Below, one piece after another: positions 40,705 through 49,334 of a stretch of 64,000 bases of DNA. Source of the DNA: an uncultured Thiothrix sp. (GTDB taxonomy: Bacteria > Pseudomonadota > Gammaproteobacteria > Poriferisulfidales > GCA-002705445); the NCBI GenBank assembly GCA_902559815.1, contig CACEJE010000004.1, positions 1,372 to 65,371 on the forward strand. The letters run 5' to 3'. A model generated the notes under the pieces. That model made no database searches and had not been told where the DNA came from. It saw nothing but the letters and a program-made list of their open reading frames with translations. The position numbers and the translations under genes were made by a program. Positions within the stretch are counted from its first letter, which is position 1, and each line of letters opens with the position of its first letter.

Positions 40705-42057
40705 ATGTATTTAAGAAAGTTTGGGATTTCAATATTGGGAGCTGTAGCGTTTATTTTTAGTTCGCTATCTTTTGCTGATGAAACATGTATGTCACCATAT
40801 ATGGCTAAAATTGTCGGCCAAGAAGATTATGTTTATGTCTGGACACTAGGTGTTGAAGGTCTTGGAGATGAGCAAGATAAATTAGTTACAATTGATGTTA
40901 ATCCAAAGTCAAAAACTTACGCTAAAGTTGTAAGTGTTCTATCCGTTGGCGGAAGAAATGAAGCACATCATTCAGGACTAAGCGATGATAGAAAATATTT
41001 ATGGGCTGGTGGATTAGATAGCAACAAAATTTTTATCTTTGATGTTCATTCAAACCCAAGAAAACCTACACTTCATAAAGTTATAACAGATTTTGTTGAA
41101 AAAACTGGTGGAGTTGTTGGTCCTCATACTTTCTATGCATTACCTGGAAGAATTATGGTTTCTGGTCTTTCAAATAACACAGATAATGGTGGTAGAACTG
41201 CTTTAGTTGAATACAACAGTAAAGGAGAGTTCATAGCTACACACTGGCTTCCAACAGACGGTGATCTCAGAGGCGCTAAAAAAACTGGAAAATACGCCGA
41301 TGGATATGGATATGATGTGCGCGTTCAACCAAGAAGAAATATAATGCTTACATCTTCATTTACTGGCTGGTCAAACTATATGATGGATTTTGGTCAAATG
41401 TTGCAAGATGGTGAAGCTATGAAACGATTTGGAAATACTATGGTTGTCTGGGATCTTCATTCAAGAAAACCTAAGAAAGTTTTAGATGTTCCAGGCGCGC
41501 CGCTAGAAATTAGATGCGCATGGGGTGCTAATAATAATTATTGTTTCACAACAACTGCTTTAACCTCAAAAATTTGGTTGATTTATGAAGATGATAATGG
41601 TGAATGGCAAGGTAAAGCTGTAGCAGATATTGGTGACCCAGCAAAAGTACCATTACCAGTTGATATTTCAATAACATCTGATGATAAAGGTTTATGGGTA
41701 GATACATTTATGGATGGTAAAGCACGATACTTTGATATATCTGACCCACATAATCCAGTTCAAGTTTATGAAGAGCAAATTGGTTCTCAGGTAAACATGA
41801 TTTCTCAAAGTTGGGATGGCAAGAGAGCATATTTCTCTACTTCGCTTCTAGGAAATTGGGATAAAACTGGAGAAGCAGATGAGCAATGGGTAAAATTATA
41901 TGATTGGGACGAAAATAGTAAAGAACTTACTCATAAATGGACTATCGATTTCTATAAAGAAAAATTAGGTAGAGCTCATCAAATGAGATTCGGTGCTTAC
42001 TCATTGTATTCAAGTACCACAGATAATAAAAAAGCAGTAACCTTATTAGATAAGTAA
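40705..42057 (+). CDS. mtoX: selenium-binding protein (SBP56) family, periplasmic methanethiol oxidase candidate
   Basis: 450 aa with a signal peptide (…SSLSFA/DE) and SBP56-family blocks: GYGYDVRVQPRRNIMLTSSF, LEIRCAW and DISITSDDKGLWVDTFMDGKARYFDISDPHNP. It is clustered with SCO1 and MauG/CCP homologues. Confidence 0.85.
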   Translation: MYLRKFGISILGAVAFIFSSLSFADETCMSPYMAKIVGQEDYVYVWTLGVEGLGDEQDKLVTIDVNPKSKTYAKVVSVLSVGGRNEAHHSGLSDDRKYLWAGGLDSNKIFIFDVHSNPRKPTLHKVITDFVEKTGGVVGPHTFYALPGRIMVSGLSNNTDNGGRTALVEYNSKGEFIATHWLPTDGDLRGAKKTGKYADGYGYDVRVQPRRNIMLTSSFTGWSNYMMDFGQMLQDGEAMKRFGNTMVVWDLHSRKPKKVLDVPGAPLEIRCAWGANNNYCFTTTALTSKIWLIYEDDNGEWQGKAVADIGDPAKVPLPVDISITSDDKGLWVDTFMDGKARYFDISDPHNPVQVYEEQIGSQVNMISQSWDGKRAYFSTSLLGNWDKTGEADEQWVKLYDWDENSKELTHKWTIDFYKEKLGRAHQMRFGAYSLYSSTTDNKKAVTLLDK

Positions 42058-42086
42058 TTTATTAATATCTAATACAGTGATAGAAT

Positions 42087-42114
42087 AAAGGCTAATTAAC
42101 GTTAGCCTTTTTTT
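42087..42114 (+). terminator. rho-independent terminator/attenuator after the SBP56 gene
   Basis: A perfect 9-bp stem AAAGGCTAA / TTAGCCTTT with a 6-nt loop TTAACG, followed by TTTT. It abuts the ATG (42115) of the next gene. Confidence 0.6.
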
Positions 42115-42825
42115 ATGATGATAAATATTTTTTTAAAATGTATATTCTTTTTTGCTTTTTTGCATCCAACATATGCAAATAATGATCTTCAAGCCGAACG
42201 AGATAAAATAAAAAGCGAAAGAAATTCTCTTGCTGTAGGCTGGAGAGACAACCTAGATTTTAAATTACCAAAACCAGGCTCTTATAAGCTTTACAATATA
42301 AGAGAATCTGGAAATGGCAAAGTAATTGATGAAAAAGGCAACGAAATATATTTGCATGACGCTATGAAAGGGAAGATTACGCTTTTAAGTTTTATATACA
42401 GTAATTGCACGGATACAAATGGTTGCCCATTAGCCACTTCTGTTTTTTACAAAATACAAGAAAAATTAAAAAATAATAAAAAAATACTATCAAAACTAAA
42501 AATGATTAGCTTGAGTTTTGATCCTGAGTACGACACTCCCGAAGTTATGTCATTATATGGCAAAGACTTATCTTACATAGATGCAGAATGGAGTTTTCTA
42601 ACAACTAATTCAATGGATTCGTTAGAACCAATTTTAGAGAATTATGATCAGCCTGTAATCAGAAAATATAAAAATGATGGATCGTATGATGGTGTTGAAT
42701 CTCATTTGTTAAGAGTATATTTAATAGATGATAAAAAACTTATAAGAAATATATACAACGTTGATTTTTTGCATCCAGACCTATTGATAAACGATATAAA
42801 AACTTTATTATTGAATAATGGATAA
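42115..42825 (+). CDS. SCO1/SenC-like thioredoxin-fold protein with atypical CxxxxxC motif
   Basis: 236 aa with a signal/anchor sequence. LLSFIYSNCTDTNGCPLAT replaces the usual CPDxCP. Also present are SLSFDPEYDTPEV and a conserved His (ESHLLRVYLID). Confidence 0.7.
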   Translation: MMINIFLKCIFFFAFLHPTYANNDLQAERDKIKSERNSLAVGWRDNLDFKLPKPGSYKLYNIRESGNGKVIDEKGNEIYLHDAMKGKITLLSFIYSNCTDTNGCPLATSVFYKIQEKLKNNKKILSKLKMISLSFDPEYDTPEVMSLYGKDLSYIDAEWSFLTTNSMDSLEPILENYDQPVIRKYKNDGSYDGVESHLLRVYLIDDKKLIRNIYNVDFLHPDLLINDIKTLLLNNG

Positions 42826-44152
42826 AAAGTTACTAAAGACTATTTTTTACAGTTCTTTCTTAGCGATCATTTTATTTGCCATAACATCAAGTGGCTATAC
42901 AAATGCTGAGAATAATAGCTATACAGGTCCAGGAGATGATAAAACAGGTTATGACTCAAAAAATTATAAAACAAATTCATTAAGTTTAGATCATAGAGAA
43001 GGTAAAAAAGCCGATCTTATTAAATATGTAACTGTTAAACAACTTGGCTTACCAAACTTAGTTATACCAAGTGAGAATCCTATTACTAAAGAAAAAATCG
43101 ATTTAGGTAAAAAACTTTTTTTTGATAGGAGATTGTCTTTAAACAATACAATGTCTTGCGGTATGTGTCACGTGCCAGAACAAGGCTTTACTAGTAATGA
43201 AATTAAAACCGCGGTTGGTATTGAAGGTAGGTCAAATTTAAGAAATACACCTACATTATTAAATGTTGCATTTAGCAAGTTTTTATTTCACGACGCCAGA
43301 GAATATTCTCTTGAAGGGCAAGTTTGGCAACCAGTATTAGCGCACTCAGAAATGGCTATGCCATCTTTTGGCTTTACATTAAAGAAAATTAAATTAATTC
43401 CAGGCTACATAGAGCTATTTGAAAAGGCATTTCCTGGAGAAGGTGTAAGTATAGAAACTTTTGGAAAAGCAATCGCAAGTTACGAGAGATCCTTAATATC
43501 CGGAAATTCGTCTTTTGATAAATGGTACTTTGGAAAAGATGAAAATGCAGTTTCTGATGAAGTAAAAGAAGGATTTAAAGTATTTTCTGGAAAAGGTAAT
43601 TGTATAGCTTGTCATTCTGTAGGAAAAAATGAAGCTTTATTCTTTGACAATAAACTTCACAATACAGGCATTGGATACGCAGAATCAATGGGTCTATTAA
43701 ACAAAAAGAAAACTAAAGTACAGCTTGCACCAGGTGAATATGTTGAGGTAGATAATGAAATTATAAAAAGCGTAAATCAGCAAAAAAAATCTAATGATTT
43801 AGGTTTATATAGTATTACAGAAAATCCAAGCCATAGATGGTTATTTAAGACACCTACACTAAGAAATATATCTTTGACATCACCTTATATGCATAATGGA
43901 TCAATTAGCACATTGGAGGAGGTAATTGATTTTTATAATAATGGTGGAATAAATAATGAGTTACTTAGCCCTATGATTAAAAAGCTTAATTTAACGGATA
44001 TTGAGAAAAATAATCTTAAGATTTTTCTTGAATCTCTTGTTGGAGAAAATATTGAAGTACTGATAGCTGATGCACTTTCAACACCAGTAGGTGATTTAAC
44101 AAAAGATGATCCAAATTGGGCTAATAATACAGATATGGGATACAACAAGTAA
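42818..44152 (+). CDS. di-haem cytochrome c peroxidase / MauG family protein
   Basis: 444 aa with an N-terminal anchor or signal peptide, LFFDRRLSLNNTMSCGMCHV (haem 1), GKGNCIACHS (haem 2) and the C-terminal PYMHNGS..TLEEV. The ATG overlaps the upstream stop by 8 nt. Confidence 0.88.
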   Translation: MDKKLLKTIFYSSFLAIILFAITSSGYTNAENNSYTGPGDDKTGYDSKNYKTNSLSLDHREGKKADLIKYVTVKQLGLPNLVIPSENPITKEKIDLGKKLFFDRRLSLNNTMSCGMCHVPEQGFTSNEIKTAVGIEGRSNLRNTPTLLNVAFSKFLFHDAREYSLEGQVWQPVLAHSEMAMPSFGFTLKKIKLIPGYIELFEKAFPGEGVSIETFGKAIASYERSLISGNSSFDKWYFGKDENAVSDEVKEGFKVFSGKGNCIACHSVGKNEALFFDNKLHNTGIGYAESMGLLNKKKTKVQLAPGEYVEVDNEIIKSVNQQKKSNDLGLYSITENPSHRWLFKTPTLRNISLTSPYMHNGSISTLEEVIDFYNNGGINNELLSPMIKKLNLTDIEKNNLKIFLESLVGENIEVLIADALSTPVGDLTKDDPNWANNTDMGYNK

Positions 44153-44154
44153 TT

Positions 44155-44664
44155 ATGAACTTCCTAAAATATCTTTTTATATTTATATTTATTTTACTAA
44201 TGTCTTGCTCAGATAATAATAATCATCCTATGACAAAACTGGATAAAAAAGTTTCTGCTAATTTTAATTTACAAAAAATTGATGGAACATTTGTGATGTT
44301 AGAAGAATTAAGAGGCTCCTATATTCTTGTTAATTTTTGGGCAACTTGGTGTAAACCATGTGTTAGAGAAATACCTTCACTAAATAATCTCAGTAAGATT
44401 TACTCAAAAAATGATAATTTCAAAGTTATAGCAATAAACATAGGTCAAAAAAAAGATATAGTTAATAATTTCTTACAAAAAATAGGTGGAGTTGATTTTT
44501 TAATCTTGTTAGATGAAGAAATGAATTTGCCAGAGTGGGATGTCCAAGCTATTCCTACAACCTTTATAGTTGATAAAGAAGGTTTTATAATATTTTCCGC
44601 GCAAGGCGAAAGAGAATGGGATTCAGAAGAGTTTACTCAATTTATTGATTCTCTATTAGAATAA
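44155..44664 (+). CDS. TlpA/ResA-type thiol:disulfide oxidoreductase lipoprotein
   Basis: 169 aa with a lipobox (LLMSC) and a thioredoxin motif in NFWATWCKPCVREIP. It starts 2 nt after the CCP/MauG gene. Confidence 0.85.
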   Translation: MNFLKYLFIFIFILLMSCSDNNNHPMTKLDKKVSANFNLQKIDGTFVMLEELRGSYILVNFWATWCKPCVREIPSLNNLSKIYSKNDNFKVIAINIGQKKDIVNNFLQKIGGVDFLILLDEEMNLPEWDVQAIPTTFIVDKEGFIIFSAQGEREWDSEEFTQFIDSLLE

Positions 44665-44670
44665 AATTTT

Positions 44671-44943
44671 TTACTCAGATGTTGTTGGGTCTATAGTTCT
44701 TTTTACTGCGCTAATTTTATTTGCAGGAAAACCACCTTCTTTTGCATGTTCTTTAATTAAGTCTTCATTTGGAGCTATATATACACAATAAACTTTATCT
44801 TTAGTTACATAGCTTTCAACCCATTGAATCTCTGTTCCAAGATTTTTTAATACTGAACAAGATTTCTGTGAGATACCTTGAAGCTCGTCTGTAGTTAGTT
44901 TACCTGCATCAGGTATATCTCTTTCTATTATAAATTTTGGCAT
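44671..44943 (-). CDS. DUF4242-family protein
   Basis: 90 aa. MPKFIIERDIP.AGKLT..EL..IS.KS..VL..LG..IQW..SYVT.DK.YCVY.A match my recollection of DUF4242. Confidence 0.55.
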   Translation of the reverse strand: MPKFIIERDIPDAGKLTTDELQGISQKSCSVLKNLGTEIQWVESYVTKDKVYCVYIAPNEDLIKEHAKEGGFPANKISAVKRTIDPTTSE

Positions 44944-44967
44944 ATTTCCTCCTGTTAATTTTTATTA

Positions 44968-45666
44968 TTAATCATCGCCACCTGTAAATGCCGCCAATAT
45001 ATGAAGTAGGCTTGTAAATAGATTATATATCGATATGTAAAGTGTTACTGTAGCCATTATATAATTATCCTCTCCACCATTAATTATTGAACTAGTTTGA
45101 TATAAAATTAAGCCACACATTAAAAGTGCAAATAAACTTGAAATACCTAACATCATCAATGGAAAATAATAACCCATCATAGAGGAAATTAATAATATTA
45201 TACTTGCACCAAAGGCAATAATTATACCAGATGTTAGAAATCCACCCATGAAACTAAAATCTTTTTTTGTTAAATTTACATACGCTGATAACGATAGAAA
45301 GATTATAGCCGTTAACATAAATGCTGTAGCTACAATTTCTGTTCCATTCGAAAGGTTATTTATATAAATGTTAAGTATTGGACCTAATGTAAAACCTAGA
45401 ACTCCAGTTAAGCAAAAAACCCAAAATATTCCGGACATATTATTTTTATTTTTTGCTGTTAGGTATAATGTTATAAAATATAAACCTAAAGTGATAAATG
45501 GATTAACTACAGATATATTCATCAAGTAACTTACTAGACCAGAAAGGGCACTAAAAAGAAGTGTCATTGACAATAATATATATGTATTTTTGAGAACTTT
45601 ATTTTTAGCTAATGAACTCTCTTGTCCTCTTACTGTTGTATTGCTATTATTCATATATTGCTCCAT
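44968..45666 (-). CDS. Bax inhibitor-1/YccA-family membrane protein
   Basis: 232 aa with seven hydrophobic segments, an N-terminal polar tail followed by [17 protein letters not shown], and an acidic C-terminal end. Confidence 0.85.
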   Translation of the reverse strand: MEQYMNNSNTTVRGQESSLAKNKVLKNTYILLSMTLLFSALSGLVSYLMNISVVNPFITLGLYFITLYLTAKNKNNMSGIFWVFCLTGVLGFTLGPILNIYINNLSNGTEIVATAFMLTAIIFLSLSAYVNLTKKDFSFMGGFLTSGIIIAFGASIILLISSMMGYYFPLMMLGISSLFALLMCGLILYQTSSIINGGEDNYIMATVTLYISIYNLFTSLLHILAAFTGGDD

Positions 45667-45745
45667 GATTAATTTTATATATACATTAACGCTTTCTTGC
45701 TTACTTGTAAATATAAACGAATGTGTAATTACGACCTTAAAATGT

Positions 45746-45833
<88 letters not shown>

Positions 45834-45859
45834 GTTTATTTAAAAATTAGGAGGCATAA

Positions 45860-46009
45860 ATGATGATGGTAATTTTAACAATAATATGTATTGTTATAAT
45901 GTTGATTTTATTCTCAATAAGTAAGAGTTTAGATTCACTCAACGAACAACTTGACCAGATAGTTGAAATAACAAAAAAAGTGCAAAGCGATATTGATTCA
46001 AATAAGTAG
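45860..46009 (+). CDS. hypothetical 49-aa membrane peptide
   Basis: Not in the ORF track. ATG 45860 is preceded by a strong SD (AGGAGGCATAA). The product MMMVILTIICIVIMLILFSISKSLDSLNEQLDQIVEITKKVQSDIDSNK has one TM helix plus an amphipathic tail. Confidence 0.35.
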   Translation: MMMVILTIICIVIMLILFSISKSLDSLNEQLDQIVEITKKVQSDIDSNK

Positions 46010-46033
46010 ACTTATTGCTGCTAATATTTAATG

Positions 46034-46459
46034 CTATTTAAAATCATCGATAATGCCAATTTCTTTCATCCATGCTTTAAATCCACCTTTCATATGAGAA
46101 ATTTTTGAATACCCCATTTCTTTTAGAGTTTTAGATGCAAGTGCAGATCTAGAGCCAGAATGACAATATAATACTATGTTTTTTTCTTTATCAAAAAAAT
46201 CTTTATAATACTCACATTTTGGATCAGCAAAAAATTCTAAATGACCTCTAGAAGCGTGAAATGAATTTGGAATAATACCATTTTCTATTAGCTCAGAAGT
46301 ATCTCTTAAATCTATAATATTTGTTTTTTTATCATTAAGAATTTCTTTAACTTGACTTACAGACATCTCGTTAAGATTCTTTTTAGCTGACTTAACCATA
46401 TCTTTTACAGTGATTTCACTCATTCTATTATTCTCGCTAAACATTAAACATTTTTTCAA
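46034..46459 (-). CDS. single-domain rhodanese-like sulfurtransferase
   Basis: Rhodanese active-site loop CHSGSRS, plus IDLRD and GHL..A. The start is uncertain: the ORF-track start 46459 is a TTG, and ATG alternatives are at 46444 and 46423. Confidence 0.82.
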   Translation of the reverse strand: MKKCLMFSENNRMSEITVKDMVKSAKKNLNEMSVSQVKEILNDKKTNIIDLRDTSELIENGIIPNSFHASRGHLEFFADPKCEYYKDFFDKEKNIVLYCHSGSRSALASKTLKEMGYSKISHMKGGFKAWMKEIGIIDDFK

Positions 46460-46539
46460 AATAGAGTATATTATATAGTGAAAAGAAGTTAATTTTCACT
46501 TTATATTTGTATTTAGTTAATAATCTATTGGGAAAGTTT

Positions 46540-47592
46540 ATGAAATTAGGAAGATTAATTATTGATATAGCAGATTTAGAATTATCAGCTGAAGATGAGG
46601 ATATATTAAAACATCCTAGCGTAGGGGGCGTGATTTTGTTTGCAAGAAATTTTGATAATATTAATCAAGTGCATAATTTAATTAATAGAATAAAATCACT
46701 TAGATCTCCTTCTTTAGTTGTATACGTTGATCAAGAAGGTGAAAGAGTTCAAAGATTCAAAAAAGGTTTATCTTTGTTGCCATCCGTAGATATATTGGGT
46801 AAAAAATTTTCATTAGATAATTATGGTGCTTGTGAGCTTTCTGAGCAATTAGGATGGCTTATTAGTTTTGAATTAAAATGCTTAGGTATAGATGTAAATA
46901 CTGCGCCAGTTTTAGATATTGATTATGGCAATAGTGAGATTATGAAAAAAAGATGTTTTTCATCAAACCCAAAAATTGTTTCAAAACTTGCAAAAGCATT
47001 TCTCAGGGGTTCACGTAAAACTGGACTTGCAAGTATATGTAAACATTATCCAGGCCATGGTTATGCCAAAACTGATTCTCATAAGGAGTTACCTGTTGAT
47101 AATAGAGATTACCGAACAATTTTTAGAAATGACATTTTTCCTTATAAAATGGCTATTGATTTTGAAATTGAGGGTATAATGACTTCTCACGTATTATATA
47201 AAAATTTCGATATATGTCCGCCGACATTATCCCAAAAATGGTTACATATTTTAAAAAATGAATTAAGATACAAAGGGTTGATATATTCAGATGATTTATC
47301 AATGAATGCTTTAAATGAATTTGGAAATATGCAACAAAATGTTAAAAATTCAATAAAAGCTGGGTGTGATTGTTTATTTATATGTAATAATAGAGAGCAA
47401 GTAATTAAAACGCTAGATGAGGTTATTATAAATCAAACAACGATTACAAATAATAAGCTAATAAACTTATCTAGTAAGAAAAATAATTTTAATATAAAAG
47501 ATATTTTAACTAATAAAAAACGTAGATCCATATTAGAAGAAATCAATAAAATAGAAGAAAAGAAACAAATAGAAATTAATTTAGGTTCATAG
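46540..47592 (+). CDS. nagZ: beta-N-acetylhexosaminidase
   Basis: The 350-aa product from ATG 46540 has GH3 NagZ blocks VGGVILFARNF, VDQEGERVQRF, KHYPGHG and SDDLSM. The ORF-track TTG 46507 is an over-extension. Confidence 0.9.
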   Translation: MKLGRLIIDIADLELSAEDEDILKHPSVGGVILFARNFDNINQVHNLINRIKSLRSPSLVVYVDQEGERVQRFKKGLSLLPSVDILGKKFSLDNYGACELSEQLGWLISFELKCLGIDVNTAPVLDIDYGNSEIMKKRCFSSNPKIVSKLAKAFLRGSRKTGLASICKHYPGHGYAKTDSHKELPVDNRDYRTIFRNDIFPYKMAIDFEIEGIMTSHVLYKNFDICPPTLSQKWLHILKNELRYKGLIYSDDLSMNALNEFGNMQQNVKNSIKAGCDCLFICNNREQVIKTLDEVIINQTTITNNKLINLSSKKNNFNIKDILTNKKRRSILEEINKIEEKKQIEINLGS

Positions 47593-47597
47593 TAAAA

Positions 47598-48659
47598 ATG
47601 GATAACATTTTGCAAAATTATAATATTGACCATTGGCTAGTAAAAGTTTTTATAATAATTTTTATTATTATTATCATAAACATTACAACTAGAATTTTAC
47701 TCAATGTTGTTAAGGGTCAAGTAAAAAAAACAAATAATCTATGGGATGATTGTGTAATTAACTCAATCTATAGGCCACTAACAATACTAGTGTGGTTGCT
47801 GGGTATAATCTTCACATTAGAATTTTTTAATAGTGATTTAAAAGCATTAAGTATTAGCTCTGAGACATTAATTAATATTAAAAAAGCTGGAATAATTTTG
47901 GTTATTTCTTTATTTTTAATTAATTTAACAAATAATTTTCAAAAAACTATCACTAATAATAATAAAAAAAATAATATTGATGTTGATGAAGCAACATATG
48001 AAGCTGTTTCAAAAATAGTTAGATTATCAATTATTATCACATCTAGTTTAATCATATTACAAACTTTTGGTTTTAGCATATCTGGCGTGCTTGCTTTTGG
48101 GGGTATTGGCGGTGTTGCTGTTGGGTTTGCTGCAAAAGATATGCTTGCTAATTTTTTTGGGGGGTTAATGATTTATTTGGATAGGCCATTTAGAAAAGGT
48201 GATTGGATTAGATCTCCTGATAGAGACCTTGAAGGCACTGTAGAAAGTATTGGGTGGAGACAAACAGCCATTAGAAATTTTAGAAAGAATATAATTTATA
48301 TACCTAATTCTGTGTTTATGAATATAATTGTTGAAAATCCTTCTAGAATGACCCATAGAAGAATAAAAGAAGTAATTGGTCTTAGATATAAAGATTTGTC
48401 AAAAATGGTTCATATAGTAAATGATGTTAAAAAAATGTTATCAAGCCATAATGATATTGATCATGACCAAGTTACTATTGTTAACTTTAATAGTTACAAT
48501 GATAGCTCAATTGACTTTTTTATAAATACTTATGCTGATACAAAAGAGTGGGTAAAGTATCATGAGATTAAGCAGGATGTTTTAATTCAGGTTGGTAACA
48601 TTATCGAAAAACATGGTGCAGAAATTGCTTTCCCAACAAGAGTTCAGATAAACGAGTAG
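47598..48659 (+). CDS. MscS-family mechanosensitive channel
   Basis: 353 aa with N-terminal TM helices and the conserved pore/beta domain GGIGGVAVGFAAKDMLANFFGG.MI...RPF..GDWI....EGTVE.IGWR.T.IR. Confidence 0.88.
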   Translation: MDNILQNYNIDHWLVKVFIIIFIIIIINITTRILLNVVKGQVKKTNNLWDDCVINSIYRPLTILVWLLGIIFTLEFFNSDLKALSISSETLINIKKAGIILVISLFLINLTNNFQKTITNNNKKNNIDVDEATYEAVSKIVRLSIIITSSLIILQTFGFSISGVLAFGGIGGVAVGFAAKDMLANFFGGLMIYLDRPFRKGDWIRSPDRDLEGTVESIGWRQTAIRNFRKNIIYIPNSVFMNIIVENPSRMTHRRIKEVIGLRYKDLSKMVHIVNDVKKMLSSHNDIDHDQVTIVNFNSYNDSSIDFFINTYADTKEWVKYHEIKQDVLIQVGNIIEKHGAEIAFPTRVQINE

Positions 48660-49334
48660 CTAAATATCGTCTTTTATTTTTTTTACACTTACAATTAACC
48701 CAAAATTATCACGATCAATATATGTGATTTTATTTAATTTTATCCTTTGGATAATATTAAATTTTTTTAAAACTAAAATATCTTTCGAAAAAAACTCATT
48801 AGATTTCATTTTAATTCTTTCATAGAGAATTAATTCTGCATTAAAAAATTTATTTTTAAAAATACTGACAGTGCCTTCATATTTACTGATAGATCCAGAG
48901 CTTAGAATATCTATATCTTCTATTAAAACTTCTTCATTAAAAATTTCATCACTATAATCATATCCAGTTTTTATCTTTATATGATTTTTACTATTAGTAT
49001 TTTGAACCCATTCAAGATGGCTTAAAACAGTATAATCTCTATTTTGCTCTAAGATTTTTTTATATTCATTAAAGGTGTTAAGCTTGTAATCAAGATCATA
49101 TTTTATGCATTGATTTTCACTGGTTATTATGCAGTTATTATCTTTAATAATTATCGGCTTGTTTTCATTATATTTATCACTTACAAAATTTTCGTCATAT
49201 TCTATATAATTTGAGTCTTTATGAGATATTAGTAATAATTTAACCTGATATAACTCCTCATTATTTTTTATAGGCTCTGCAAAAACATTAAATATTAGAT
49301 TTAAGAATATTATTAAACTTAATATATATTTCAT
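48660..49334 (-). CDS. secreted hypothetical protein, possibly CsiV/DUF2803 family
   Basis: 224 aa with a signal peptide. LYQVKLLLIS near the N-terminus, LEWVQ mid-protein and EGTVSIFKNKFFNAEL resemble the CsiV pattern as I recall it. The family typically sits beside mfd. Confidence 0.45.
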   Translation of the reverse strand: MKYILSLIIFLNLIFNVFAEPIKNNEELYQVKLLLISHKDSNYIEYDENFVSDKYNENKPIIIKDNNCIITSENQCIKYDLDYKLNTFNEYKKILEQNRDYTVLSHLEWVQNTNSKNHIKIKTGYDYSDEIFNEEVLIEDIDILSSGSISKYEGTVSIFKNKFFNAELILYERIKMKSNEFFSKDILVLKKFNIIQRIKLNKITYIDRDNFGLIVSVKKIKDDI

